Shown here: positions 13,901 through 28,500 of the stretch, piece by piece
Numbering within the stretch: position 1 is the stretch's first letter
How the letters are laid out: each line of letters begins with the position of its first letter
NCBI RefSeq assembly: GCF_026571515.1
Contig: NW_026865099.1
Coordinates: forward strand, 62,001-126,000
Length of the DNA stretch: 64,000 nt
DNA from: Ruditapes philippinarum
Taxonomy: Eukaryota
Direction: 5' to 3'
The notes under the pieces: model-generated
What the model saw: the letters and a program-made list of their open reading frames with translations, nothing else
Database searches by the model: none
Told to the model about the DNA's origin: nothing
Translations under genes and position numbers: made by a program

Positions 13901-14988
13901 TATCTAGTATTAACACTTAGTTGACACAGACCAGGACTACATTATTATTAACATAAATATTGTTATTAAAAATATGACAATTGTTGACACAAGAGAAACC
14001 TTTGGCGGTGAATTGTAAAAACATGCTTAAAACAAGTACAAATAAACTTTCAAAATATGTAACTTGTCTAATATCATATCTAAATATTATGGTTATGAAT
14101 TATGATAATTCCAGGGCCAAGAAAAGTTCAATTTCAACAGAGGAAGAGATGCAAGACCGAAGTGCATGTACAAGTCCTGATCCTATTCAAGGTGACTTGC
14201 AAAAGGTTTACAACAAAGTACGAGATGAAAACCTCAGTGACCTTCTAAACAGTGCACATGCTAGCAAACATTTTGAAGGTGAGAATGAATCCAAAGGCTC
14301 TGATGAAATTGATGCATCTTTTAAAAATGATACACCCATGGACATGGCAACAGTTGTAACGAAGCTTGACATGGAGATAGACAAACTGATCAACAGAATG
14401 AACCATATGGAAGGTCTTCTAACACAATGCCACTATATCCTCGGAGACCCAGACCGAAAACAAAAGCTACCAACTCTTATTAAAGACTCCCAAATGGAAG
14501 GTAAACAGTTTGAAAGAGAGCTGAATAAGGAGAAAGCTAAAACTGAAAAGATGCTTCATGAGTTATATGACTATTGTAAGTCTATCAATAAACTAGAAAA
14601 TGTCAGGCAACAGCAGAGAACAAATATTGAAAAGAATAGTGAAGAAATTGAAAGACTCAAAGCCGAGAACGCTGTCCTCAGGGAGAAATGTACAATGCTT
14701 GAAACAGTCAACAACAAGCATTTGGAAAAGGAAAAGACACTTAACAACTTGAAAAAGATGGTTGATGATTTGAGAAGTAGTCACACAAATCTAGCAGATG
14801 AGAATGCCAACTATAGAATCAATTATGGAACAAATGCTCTAAGAAACAATAGAAGACTAGGAGGAAGAAATGCAGTAATTCGTCGAGGGTCAACTGTTGC
14901 TGAAACCATGACAACCACAGTCAGAAAACCAGTTACAAAACAGGTTTTAAACACAAACAGAAGGTCCAAACCTTTGAGTAGAATTTGA
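10918..14988 (+). CDS. CARD + coiled-coil protein, paralog 2 (475 aa, 4 coding exons)
   Basis: Exons 10918-11052 (MNEIQKSVLQRHYKQLSDDIMMTEDLLATLFTRKVFERGMIETIK), 12470-12722 (AEKTPTDQVYKMLSMLPKRGPDAFDIFVDIVKDEYPWLAAML...), 13249-13414 and 14115-14988. All introns GT-AG, phases 0/1/2; total 1428 nt, in frame. Confidence 0.92.
11249..11320. repeat. (ATC)n microsatellite in intron 1 of paralog 2
   Basis: Direct inspection. It explains the poly-Ile and poly-Ser ORFs. Confidence 0.9.
11853..12023. mobile_element. Tc1/mariner (pogo-like) MITE, 171 bp
   Basis: TA|CAGTCAAACCTGTG ... CACAGGTTTAACTG (14-bp TIR, 1 mismatch). Confidence 0.7.
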
Positions 14989-17174
14989 TGAAATGTTGCA
15001 TTAGGAAATTGACATCCTAAATGATTAAACTGAAAAACTGGTCTTTAATTTTTATAAAGACGAATGTTCAGAGGTGCTGTAAAGTTAGAGATAAAAGGAT
15101 GAAATCTGATTCTGTATTAGAATCTTCAATATGATTATGATCTCTCTGATGGTCATAAAACTACAGGAATAATTCATTTCCTATGATGCCTTTATCACTT
15201 GAACTTCTGTGACAAATTTATAGAATTATTCAAGGGAGAGGAGGCTTCAGTGAAAAAGGTAACTACTATGTAACAAAGAGTTACCATTATGGAACAGAGA
15301 ATAAACAATTAAATATTGTTATTATTTCACACTGAATCTGTGTTAATCCTGAAAGGTTGATGACATGCATTCTGACAAAGGTTCTTTAGTTATATAATAA
15401 CATGACTATTCTTCCAGTTTGGACCTGTTCTTCCATGCCGTATGACAAGGGTTCTTTCGTTACGAACATGACTATTCTTCCAGTTTATATTCAAGCCTGA
15501 GCTATACTGTTTGTTGCTCAGTTTTACAAATATTACTCTGAAATCCATGTTACTACCATGTGACTTTTTCAAATTTAAAGAAAGACATGTCAGACATATC
15601 AATTCAGCAGAAACAAGGGCTACTATCTGAATGTGCTGGTCACAGCTTACTTGTTGTTTGTTTTATGGTGAAAAATGAATGGTTTTCCCATCATTTATGA
15701 TTTTGTAGGTAATATCTTATTACTTTAAACATGTACAATATGCATTATTTTATAGAATTTTATCTATACAGCCAAACCACTGCATTTTCTCATTTTATGT
15801 TTTATATGATTTATGATTTGTATTGACTATAATCTCCAACATTATTTCACAGAGTTTATCAAAACATCATTTTATCTAATTTTGTAAAATAATGTTTCAC
15901 TTCATTTTCAAAATTTTGACATGTATTTTCTGCATTTACAAACATATGTGTGCATTCAATCAAATGAGAAGCATGTATACTTTGTATGTTCAATTTTTTG
16001 CTTTTTGTTGCTTGTTTCATGCTTTTACAAGAGACATTAAAGTATTCTTCAAGTTTGAGTAAATTTGAGTTGGCCTTACCTTACCCACAAACACTAGGGT
16101 CTGTATTTGCTTTCTTTAACTTGAACACAGAATGAAATAGAGAAAATCATTAATCCATAAAGAACGTCTAAAGGGCAAAAAGTGAAAATGTTCTAGGCTG
16201 CATTTGATTGAGCCTGTTCATGGACGGTACTAACAGCAGAATTCAACATTAAACATGAAGGGATTAAATTTTGAATTTAGAACTTCCATAGATGTGGTCA
16301 AAGCTTGTCAAGCAATAAGCATTAGATTTAAAGGATTTAAATATGTTATAATTTACTGTTCTTGTATATTATGAGATGCTTTTCACCTTAGATGAGGTTA
16401 GACATTAGACCTAATCCTGTAAGGGAGTTATCAATAATCAAGTTACCATAAGGAAGGATGGTTCTATTCAGATAAACCGAGTCCCTGTCCCACACCTTTA
16501 CCTGATTACCCCCACCCTCACACCCAACCATTTCACCCTCCTTTCCTTCCATTCATCCTTAGGAGTAAGCTTTACCATTACAGCTATAGTGGGTGGCAAA
16601 ATCACCATCATAATTATATAAATCTGAATATAAGCAATTGTTAGTGTGAATAAATACTGAACAATACTTAACAAAATATAAATAGTTATAAAAGAATTAA
16701 AATATGATGTACCTTCACTACCTTGACTTAAAGGACACACAAGGTGATATTTAAGAGATAAGATATTGCTTTGTTACTAATTCATTGACACATGACAGTG
16801 CTATCTCAGGGTCAATATAGGTAAAACGTCTAATACAGGAAAGAGTATGAGGACTCTTTTTCAACATTTTTTTGTATTAACATACTATCTAAAGAAAGGT
16901 AAATATTGGAAAAATTCTGAAAGTAAAAGTGAATTGTCTCCCTTTTATCACTTTCCATATATGTTCCACTGAGGCACTTTAATTATCAATCAATCAATCA
17001 ATACAAAGATAAAAATAGCAAATAAAATTTTAAATCACTATTATTAATTCTTACATAATACCTTATTCTAATTGATCACAGATAATCTGATACTTTGTCA
17101 TTTTAGAAAACCATGAAAATATATAAATAGTGTGTAATCACAACTTTTCAAGTATCTGGATCAGCGTTTTGTTC

Positions 17175-17405
17175 ATTTTTATAACGTCACACCAATACAG
17201 TATAAGTCATATGGCAACTTTCCAACTTTCTGGTTCCCCTCTGTACCTTTTTTCAGGCACAAACAGGCACCTGAGTAGAACCACTGACATTCTGTAAGCT
17301 AGCTTTCTCATGTATAGAATCCAAAGACACTTGCCCACCTCGAACCTACAGCCATGAGAGGCAAGTGGTATGTAGTTAACGACCTTCACCATTCGACCAC
17401 AGTCA
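17175..17405 (-). mobile_element. tRNA-derived SINE (possibly V-SINE/RUDI-like)
   Basis: Shared core GGCACCTGAGTAGAACCACTGACATTCTGTAAGCTAGCT plus a tRNA-like head. Related copies at about 7375-7592, 40810-41000, 46160-46310 and 55180-55425. Family name recalled from memory only. Confidence 0.65.
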
Positions 17406-20400
17406 CCTAAAGTTTTTGTTCATGATATCTTAATGTTTCTAGAAATGTGTATGTAACCATTAATATAGAGCCAAGTCACAAATCATGTCCATTATTAACA
17501 AAAATAAAGTATTATTAATTGAACAAAGACTGTAATATATTCAGATGACTATTATCAATTTATAGATTTTTTTTTTGGTTATTCACTTACAGGTAGTCAT
17601 GATTAATAATCTCGCAAAGTCTTGTATTATCTTCTTAATCCTTTAAAACTTATCTTTCTTATTTAAGGCACATCTCGACAAAGTTGTATTTTTTTGAAAG
17701 CTATCAAAGCTATTGAATAATCTATTCTTTTATATATTTGAACATTGAAACAAAATTAATGCTGAAGTTTTATATAGAGCTATATATAGACTGTGGCTAG
17801 TTTCCTTTCAAATAAAAGCTATTCACTAAAAATTTATTTTTATACAGAATTGAACAGCAGAACAAATAACTTAGTATTAAAACCAGCATCCTGATTACAT
17901 ATTTATTTCTCTGAAAATGTAACTTTTTACTATAACATTGACATGGATCTAGGAGGGTCAATAATGGTCTTTAATATTTAGTGGTTGCTTATAAACAAAG
18001 ACAAGACAAGTCTTTAAAAATTTGTAAAATATGCTAGTCATATCAATATCACCATTACTATCTTTTATGACTATACCATTATTATTATCTATATCACTTT
18101 GTTGTATAGGTTCTTCAAATTACCTTATATTAGATTACATTTTAATATTTTCTTGGTTCTTATCTTCAAAGTAACCTAAATAAACTGTTAATAAAGTTTC
18201 AATCATATATACATGTAGAACATTTCAAAATCCAATACCAATATTACCCTGACCGAAATATTCTTTATGAAAAGAAATTTTTACTGGCTTCTATTCAAAA
18301 CCGATATATTGATATAATATAGATATAGTCAAAGTATATTGATACCATTATAATGGTATTATTGTCAGCTTGAATTTGATTGGCTGAAGGATTTAAATAT
18401 AGATCTAAAAATAAGGCTGGTGTCATTTTTGTCATGTGGTGCCACGTCGTTACTAGTCTCCCATTAAAGGCTATTAAAAGAAATTGATTTTGATTAAAAT
18501 TACTATTATGGGATCAAAACAAAAGAAACTGATAATGATGAAATTGCTGTTAAGGATCAAAGCAGTTTATTTTAATACTGTTAAAAGAATAGAAATGAAA
18601 TAGAAATAATGTAGGATTTTCCAAATTAGTCTGATTAAAAAATTATATTGGTATATAACATTTTCCTTTTTTTACAAAATCATTAAAGTTAAGGTACCTT
18701 AAAATTTAATGAATCTGTTTCATATGTAAAACAATAGAGGTTTGAAACCAACATATGTGAAGATAATACCAGAGTATTTATATGGTGTCACTTGCATGGA
18801 AATTGAATAAAAAAAACAAAATTCCCCAATGAATTTGATATAAACTAATATCAATCATAAAATTGACTGTCTTCCGAGAAAAAGGACTTTGGAACGAAAG
18901 GGGAAAAAAGCACCCAACTGCATTCCTGCAGAGCTCTTCATTTCAATAGGCCCACTTTAAATATTCGATTGACGTCAATAGGTATTAAAATTATCGCCGA
19001 CCTCGTAAACTTTAATCAATTATTGTTATATATGACATACTCATGTCTAAATATAGCCACAGTTTATCTCCCCTTAATACCCCATACACAGTAGTCCTGA
19101 CATACCACTTATATATACACAGCCACTTGTTACCTTTATATTTATATTGTATATCTATAATTTATTGAATAGGTGCGGGTAAAGAGGGGGGGGGGTATAA
19201 AAACCAAGTATCATTATTGCCTTCAAACAATTTTTAATAAACTTATATTTTTTTATGATCAGTCAAAGGTTGAATCAATGTTATCTTATATAAAGAAAAA
19301 TTCAAGGTTTTACAGATATTTTATCTCTTTTTAAATCTGAAAGAACTTAAACCATGGCACTTTTAAAGCTTTTCAATCTTGTACAAACTAAGTCCAGGTT
19401 CATGTGATGATCTCATGGGCAAGATTTGATTCCGATAACAATTTATTAAGTGAAAAATTTTCATTCCTTAATTCATACCAATTCTATTGGGATTTTTTTT
19501 TGCTCAAGTTTTACAGGTTATTTGATTCACAAATAAGAACCTGATAGGACTCATTGGATAAGCAGGCTTCGAAAATTCCACTTGTCTGCTCGTATTTACA
19601 AGTAAAGATCGAGGCAGGACAACTACAAAATTGAAGTAAACTTTGCCCATGCATTAAACCGTTAGAATTCTTATAATCAGTTTATTAATGACATTTAATG
19701 ATGGAAAATTGGAAAAAAGCTTGTGTTTTAGGTTATGTATAAATAACTCTGAACCCATAGTTAATTGGAAATGGGAGTGTCTGGAATGAGCCTGAAAACG
19801 CTGTATGAACTGCACAATTTATAACATAACTTAAACCTCTCGCTTTCCATCAATCAATTGAAACAAAATGTTTAAGTCTATAGGGCTGGGGTGAGTATCC
19901 GAGTACTGGGATAATCACGAATCAAAATGAAAAATCGAGTACAAATATTCATCATTCTGCGATCTCATTTGTTTATTATACATTCGCTGTTTCTCACAAT
20001 AAAATGTCCAAAAAAAATCAAATTGAATCAATATGAATTATGCGACATTTACCTAATTACAATTTACAGAGATACAAACAAGCATGTACCATGATGCTGA
20101 GCTAGGATTTAGTCATTAGTTTCAAAAAAGGAATCACTTTATCTTTATTGAGCACTATGTTTTTACATGAAAATAAATAAATATTTTTAGTCGCTTTGTA
20201 TAGATTTATAATAACGTGACATGTATCAAAGACTGTTTTATTTTTAATAATCCAAAATTTGCGAAACGCAAGTTAAAAGTCACATGTTCATGTTGGCTGA
20301 AAAGGAGTCGCGCCGATATAAAATCCCACCAGCAAAATTTTTTAAATAATTGCCTTTTCATGTGAGTACCACCTGTATAAGTCATTTCACCATGGCATGT

Positions 20401-23159
20401 TTTAAAAACTGCTTTTTCCTCATTTTCATTGAAAATAAATTTTGCTTGTGGAATTTTATATTGGCGCGACTCATTTTCAACCTTTAAACCTAGTTTATAT
20501 TTGCATTGCATATATGTTAAATGAAATTAATGTTAAGTATTGTTTTAAGAAAAATAAACATGTTTTCAAAACTAATGTCTTGATAACAAAAGATACGTGG
20601 TTCGATTTGGGAATCACAAGTGCTGAATTGTGGACCAGATCATATCGTCAATTTTCCGACGATCCACACCCCTATAAGTCTAATGCATCGGTAAAATTTA
20701 TCTTAAAAATCATGCGTAAAATGAAGGATGAGTAGTACAGCATGCAGGACGAGTAGAAATTTTAAGCTACCCGTCCTGCAGAAAATATTTTTTTGATCCC
20801 TGATTAGTGGTATTTACTTTGGCCCTACATTCAAGGCTGTACAAACAAACTTTTACAGTTACAGCGTTGAAAAAAAGTACAACAGGACGACCAATTTATT
20901 ATGACCGGTAGTGCACCATGAACCTGTAACAGTAAATGTTTGTTGGTACCAGGGAATTCCAGCAGCTTGGAGAAACCAACATAATTTTATGCCAAGTTCA
21001 AGACAACATATATTTGTAATTAATTACTGGTTTATAACTAGTATATTAATTATCCAGGAAAGCCAATTAAGTGGACCAACCAGTGTCAGATATGATCTAA
21101 AAAAATATGTTAAAAGCAACTTTAAAACTTAACAAACAAAACATGATCTTTGAACAAATTTTGCACCTCATTCAATACAACAGAATAGATTTAATCCACT
21201 TATGAGTCACAAAATTTATAGGAAGCTCAATTTAGTATCTGATATTTGCAACAAAAAAAAACTCTCCATTTCATATTCTATAACCTTACATTTTTAACAG
21301 TGCTTGTGGTTTTGGGCTAATATTTACCTTCGTTCTAAAATCATTTAGACAGTTCTTTGCTTATTCAAACTTGGTTTTGCATTAAATGTAAATTTTGTAA
21401 AGAGTAAATAAAGATGGTTTGTAGTACCTAAATACAGTTTTAATTGCATTTTGACAAGTGTATTGTAATGAAGAATGAGCAAAATGTACAGGTCTTAAGC
21501 AGTACAACATTAAAAAACTTTGGGCCTATTCTTAACCCTTATGATAAAATTTTATCTTACATAATTTTACTTATCCGATTTTCAATCTGAACAAAACTGT
21601 TTGTCATTTATTCAAGGGGAAATTTCAAAATATGTATTGAGGGAAAAGCGAACAGTGAAGACCATGATCCGAATGCCAGGATGTGCTGACTGAACCAGGT
21701 TTTCACTGATCACATGGGTAGTTTCTGTGCCATAAACAGACAACCGATTAAGGGTGTGAAAAAGAAGTTGAAAGTTCCTGTTAAATTGAAGGAAAATCCC
21801 TTGATTGATAAATAAAAAAAAGTGCACAGTTTATATTCTTGGACAATTTCCAGAACTGTACCATATAGGAAGTATATGACCTCTCTATAAAAGACCAATG
21901 ATTCCCATCTTCAAAGGGTGGCCTTAATTAGCAAGTTATACTTTATTTGCTAAAGGTGGATTAAAAGTTCAATACCATACAATATAACAGCTTTGAAATA
22001 TTGAAATACCGAATAAGAAGAATGTATGTCCCATATTAAAATGACCATCAATAGTCGAACACTTGGACAGGGTCCAGAATACTTATGCTATGTAAACTTA
22101 CAAAAATCGAACAACCTGCGATTTAAATTGATCAAAACTGTCTAGATTAAAATGTCCTTATGAACATTAAAGAACGTTGAATACCTGAAGCAAATATTAT
22201 CACTTATTGGCAATTTTTAAGAGTCGTAAAATAAACACCGTTATAGATAAAAGATACGTATAAATGCCTCCTGGAGATCTGGCATACATGATGTCCGAGA
22301 TATTCCATATTATGCTTTACGGTCACTCCTGAATTAATTTATAGCAATGTCACAGTGAACAAATTAAATTTATTTCCCCATTAAAAAAGTAGAAGCTAGG
22401 GCACTGATCGTTTTAAGTATACAATCATAATTATATCTATAACTTAAATAATAAGTCAAAATGTTTAGAGAGATAACCTTATTTCAATTCTTTTGTATGT
22501 ATTTTTTATTAAAAAAAAAACAACAACAAACATTAAACATACTATTATAAATATTACAGATATCTTTGTTTTATCTTTGACTTTTACTAAAAGTAAACAT
22601 ATACTGACCACATGCTGTCACCATTGGTCAATCTCAAATGGTAAATCAACCAATGAGATAATAGAGTTTTTGAAATGTGACCTTTGAATAATACTTAATG
22701 CTTGTACTTTTATATGAAAGGAGGCACAGCTTATGAATGGGAAAGTCAAATAAAAAACTTTCATTCTTTTATTATTTTACATTTTTTTGTTTTAAAGGTG
22801 TCATTCCAGATTTCATCCACTGCTTCCGTTTTCAAGGAACACCTCAACGATTATTCTTATGCCGAAAAGGTGTGACTGTTCCGTTATCGGAATACCCGAC
22901 CGATTATCATTGAGTTACATTAAAAATAGCTGCACCTAACTAAAGATGACACTGATAATTTCAGTGATAAGAATAGAAATCAATGTATTTTTTAATTGCA
23001 TTTTATTTAATTATCTTTTAAATTTGTCTATAGCCAGGCAAGCTAAAACCTGGGCTCGCTTTATGGTCTCGGCCTTTGACTTCCCCATATTAATTTAAAT
23101 TTAAAGGTCCAGATACTGAATCAATATTTCACTGGCTAGCATCTCATCATACAATCACC

Positions 23160-24545
23160 AAACCAGACTCCCCCACCCCAAATACAACAAATGTTGTACG
23201 GAGGGTAGACTGGTTATTAAGGCTGTCCCAAAGTCCGGCTGTCTGGCCATGCTGCTGTCTGGTTGCCTGGTTGTCTGTCAGAGCTCAATCTCTTAAACTG
23301 CTCAACTAATTTAATAAAACTTGATAGAAATAATTGTCATGTCTGTCATCATGCTTTACTTGCACATACCATTTATCTTGTATTTTGTTCACATGAATGA
23401 CCTTAACCATATTCATTAAAATGAATGACCTTAACCATATTCATTAAAATGAATGACCTTAACCATATTCATAAAAATTTGCTGAAATTGACCAAATATT
23501 ATCAATAAATGTATTGTATTCACCTGCCACATTACATTCCTTTTTTTAAACAATAACTACTGTAGAGTGTTTAAGTAGGCCAAACTCAACTTGACCTTGA
23601 CCTTCATATGATGTTTACCTTTATGATTAAATGTCTGAATTCTGCTGACATTGTCCATAAATTTGCTATTTATAAATAAATTTAATTCATACTTTGAAAA
23701 ACAAAACAATATATAGCATAAAGTTGTCATGTTTATTAACTCAAACTTGGCCTTGACTTTAAATGGTCTTGACCTTTAAGGTCAAATATTGAATTTTGCT
23801 AAAATTGGCAATAACTTTGTTAATATTTGATATTTTGAGTTTATTCTTGGGCAAAACAATCATTTAGTAAATACCTTCAAGAAGGTCAAGCTGAATGTGA
23901 CCTTGACTTTTAAATAACCTTGGCATTCATGATTAAATTATTGATTTTTTCTTATGGCCTTTTTTATTTATGGACAGATTTGATTAATACCAGGACAAAC
24001 ACAACTGTCATGTCAACAAATTGTGTTGATCTTGTACTGCAACTGACCTTAAAATAACCTTTACAGTTAATGCAAAATCATTTAACTTTGCTTAAGTTGC
24101 CATAATTGTGTTATCAAAACACTGATGTTTTTAAAATTTGACTTATCACCAACTAGGATAAATTACTGTCAAGTGAAGCAATCAAATTATCACTTTGATC
24201 TTTATGTGACCTTGACCTGCAAAGTAAAATTATCAAATTTTCATTAAATTTGCAAAGATTTTGGTATGAAAGAATGGGTATGCTTCATATTTAGATATAA
24301 CAAAACTTTGGACAAAACTTTCAATGTGATGTAGCTCAGGTATGGCCTTGACCTTAAATTGTCCTTGACCCTCAACTCCAAGACATGATGAATTATTTGA
24401 ATTATGTAACTTAATTAAAGTAATTTATGCACAGATATGATTATTATTTGGACCCAATGATTGTATGATACCACTTGAAGTATGATTTAAAACTTTAAAT
24501 GAGATCTTTAAAGTCTATTTCTAATTCAAATATGACCTTGACCTA
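23160..24545 (-). mobile_element. old degenerate HINE-like repeat array
   Basis: Hairpin CCAGACTCCCCC...GGAGGGTAGACTGG, a (CTGT/CTGG)-type microsatellite, then recurring TGACCTTGA...ACCTT units. Includes a 28-bp x3 tandem at about 23393-23473. Confidence 0.5.
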
Positions 24546-25536
24546 TGACAGACTTTTGACAGGGACAAGTGCAGAAAAAGATCAGCTGGTACATTTGTGC
24601 CAATTACACTTAAAATGTACACCAATTATAATACTTGAAATTTACACCAATTATACTGATAAACACCCAAGGTTAAAAGTTAAACAAATAATGTTTAAAT
24701 TTACTACAAGACATCAACAAAGCTTAAACTAACTGTGATTGAACCATAAATAGAAGTTAATTGACAGAACTAGTAATATTACAAAGACATAAAGAAATAC
24801 AATACTTTCTAATCATTATTTCAATTGATTTGTTGCATAAAATTAACAGTACCATTGTTTGAACGAACAGCTTTTCAAAACAAATAATGGGCTAGATAAG
24901 AGCATTATGATTTCGGATCAAATATTTTCGCGACAAAGGGTTCTTTAGTGCCCTAATAATCGATCAGTGGTTGCCGATTGGAGATAAAGTATAGTATATG
25001 GTACTGGGTTTTAAAATCTTTTGGCAAGGATTGAATAGAGATTATAGATTGTATTATTTGAGTGTTATGCTAAGATATGCGGCTTTTAATAATTTCAGTC
25101 AGTGTCGATCGTGGGTCAGGCAGTAGCGAACTGTTTGGAATAGGTCTTAAAAACGGTAGTTAAATTAATTGTGTAACTGACAACTCAATTTTACATTAAT
25201 AAGCTACAAACGTTTTTTCTTAAATTAGGCATTAGTTAGACCTATAGAGTTTAGTTTCACTACAGTCATCATTGGAATAAAAATTACATCAGATTTTCTT
25301 TCTCACATTATTGGGATTTATACCATAAGGAAGACAATTAAAATTGATTTAATAAAAGAATTAAAAGGAACATCTGTTAAAAATTTATTACATTGTCAGT
25401 GTATTAGAAGAAGAGAACACAGAACAAAATATCAAGACATTAAGAAAAGAAGAAAAACAAAAGGAATAATTACACATAATGAATTAAGAATATAATTGAT
25501 ATCCTTAGGAAAAAAACACAGAAAAAAACATAGAAG

Positions 25537-28500
25537 ATGAACAAATCACAAAAGCGTACGCTACAGAAACACAACCCTGAACTGGTCCATGATCTAGAAT
25601 TGAGCGCCGATCTTGTAGCCAAATTCATACACCATGGACTCTTTAACGAGGACATGATTGATGATATTAAGGTAGGAACTATTTTTTTATTTACATAATT
25701 TTTGTTGCTGTTTTTTTTGTAATTTTTTCATTATTGTTTTTTAAGTTTTTGTTTTTGTTTAGGGTTTTTTGTGAGTATTTTTGGTCAGTTTAGAAAACAT
25801 TATCTCACTTACAAACTTTTACAGATTTAAACAAGAACACAGACTTTTCTCTCTCTTTTTCCATGAATTTCTTATGGCATATGTAGGATTCAATCACTGA
25901 AGAAAAAAAATATAAAGACCTTAAATTTTAAATATTAAAATGGCAGTTTTTTAAGTATTTCAAAAAAGTATTTAATTATTCTCTTAAATTCATAATTTTA
26001 ATACCCTTTTTTTGAATTACTCTATGAAACCTAAATGGCAGATGTACATTCTCTTAATATGAACATTTTCGCAAAATTTTTCTTCCCCGTATAGTTATCA
26101 ATTGAGTGGTCATTCCAATAATGTACTTTTAGAGTTGAAATTGAAAGTGCCTATTTCTTAGTGATAATTTTATCAATTTGTTGACAAAAAAAATATTACT
26201 CTTATCCTTACACTTTGATTCAACTTCTAAATTGTCATATAAATATAAGTCATGACTTACAGAAAACTGTAAAAGTAACTGTCCAAAGGTATAGTTACCA
26301 GTATACTGTTTAGTTTAGTATCATCGAGAAAATGAAATATATTTCGAATGACAAGATATAAAAATTTGTTAAGAGTAGTGAAAGTATCATGAATTGGTAA
26401 CTTGGTATCATTAAAAGTATTGGTGAGTGTATTGGTATCATACCATTTCCTTAATTCTTAATGATATCTGCATTTCGAAGTATCATATAAATTGAAGACT
26501 TTTAAGCATTATTATTTCAATGAGTCGTTCTTATTTTTCCTTAAGCCATGTGGTCAAATATAGTTTTGATTTCCAGAGTAACTGACTCACTTTCAGAACC
26601 TTGAATTACAAAATTAACAAATAAAGCTTTCAAACTTTTAAGTCACCTCAGATTGTTTATTATTTTCATCAGAAAAAGGAAATTTAACTTTTAAGATTAT
26701 CTTATAATTCAATTCAGTACCAAAAATGAATTACGAACTATATTTAATTCTACATTTCATTCATTTACTTTACAAAGAACCAAAACAACAATTTTTAAAA
26801 TCATTAATTCGATTTCAAAATCCTGTTTGTTCATATGCCAAATAAAAATGAAACAAGAGGGCCATGATGGCCCTAGATCGCTCACCTGAATTATCAAACT
26901 CATCCAAACAATTACCTAGACAAGCATTCTGACCAAGTCTCATGACAGGTGAGTCAAAAATGTGACCACTACAGTGTTAACAAGGATTATCGCATATTTG
27001 AGCAGTGCGACCTAGTTTTTTTACCCAGGTGACACATATTCAAACTTGACCTAGAAATCATCAAAACAAACTTTCAGACCAATTTCCAGGATACTAATGG
27101 ATCAAAACAGTAGCAACTAGAGTGTTTAACAAGATTTTTCTATTTTTAGCTCCGGTGACCTAGTTTCACATGCGATTTCGAACTCATCCAAGCAATTACC
27201 TAGACAAGCATTCTGACCAAGTTTGATGATAATTGGAGTCGAAAATGTGACGCACTAGAATGTTAACAAGGTTTTTTCCATATTTGGGCAGTGTGACCTA
27301 GTTTTTCATCCAAGATGACCCATGTTCGATCTTGACTTAGAAATCATCAAAAACAAACTTTCAGACCAATTAACAGAATATTTGGATCACAACAGTAGCC
27401 ACTAGAGTGTTAACAAGATTTTTTCTATTTTTAGCTCTGTGACCTAGTTTTTCATCCGAGATGTCCCATGTTCGATTTATTCCCAGCAATGACGCTAGAC
27501 AAGTTTCCTGACCAAGTTTGATGACAATTGAGTCAAAATTGTGACCACTAGAGTGTTAACAAGGTTTTTCTATTTTTAGCTCCTGTGACCTAGTTTTTCA
27601 TCCGAGATGACCCATGTTCGAACTCATCCGAGTTATTACCTAGACAAGCATCTTGATCAAGTTTGATGATGATTGATGCAAAAAATGTGACCGCGCTAAA
27701 GTGTTAACAAGGTTTTTCTATTTTTAGCTCCGGTGACCTACTTTTTCATCCGAGATGACCCATGTTCGAACTCATCCAAGCTATTAACTAGATAAGCATC
27801 CTGACCAAGTTTGATGATGATTGATGCAAAAATGTGACCGCTAGAGTGTTAACAAGGTTTTTCTATTTATAGCTCCGGTGACCTAGTTTTTCATCCGAGA
27901 TGACCCATATTCGAACTCATCCGAGCTATTATCTAAACAAGCATCCTGACAAAGTTTGATGATGATTGGGTCAAAAATGTGACCACTAGAGTGGTCACAA
28001 GGTTTTTCTATTTTTAGCTCCTGTGACCTAGTTTTTCATCAGAGATGACCCATGTTCGAACTCATCCAAGCAATTGACTAGACAAGCATTCTGACCAAGT
28101 TTGATGATGATTGGTTCAAAAATGTGACCACTAGAGTGTTCACAAGGTTTTTCTATTTATAGCTCCTGTGACCTACTTTTTCATCCGAGATGACCCATGT
28201 TCGAACTCATCCGAGCTATCACCTAGACAAACATCCTGACCAAGTTTGATGAAGATTGGGTCAAAAATGTGACCTCTAGAGTGTTCACAAGGTTTTTCTA
28301 TTTTTAGCTCTTGTGACCTAGTTTTTCATCTGAGATGACCCATGTTCGAACTCATCCGAGCTTTCAACTAGATAAGCATCCTGACCAAGTTTGATGATGA
28401 TTGAGGCAAAAATGCGACCGCTAGAGTGTTCACAAGCAATTGTGGACGGCCGGACGGACGACGGACGACGGACATTCATCGATCCTAAAAGCTCACCCTG

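Noticed and set aside
13981-14114. N-terminal parts of track ORFs 13981, 13071, 30688 and 56105 as true starts
   Set aside because: They are intronic read-through upstream of clear AG acceptors; the spliced models restore the CARD.
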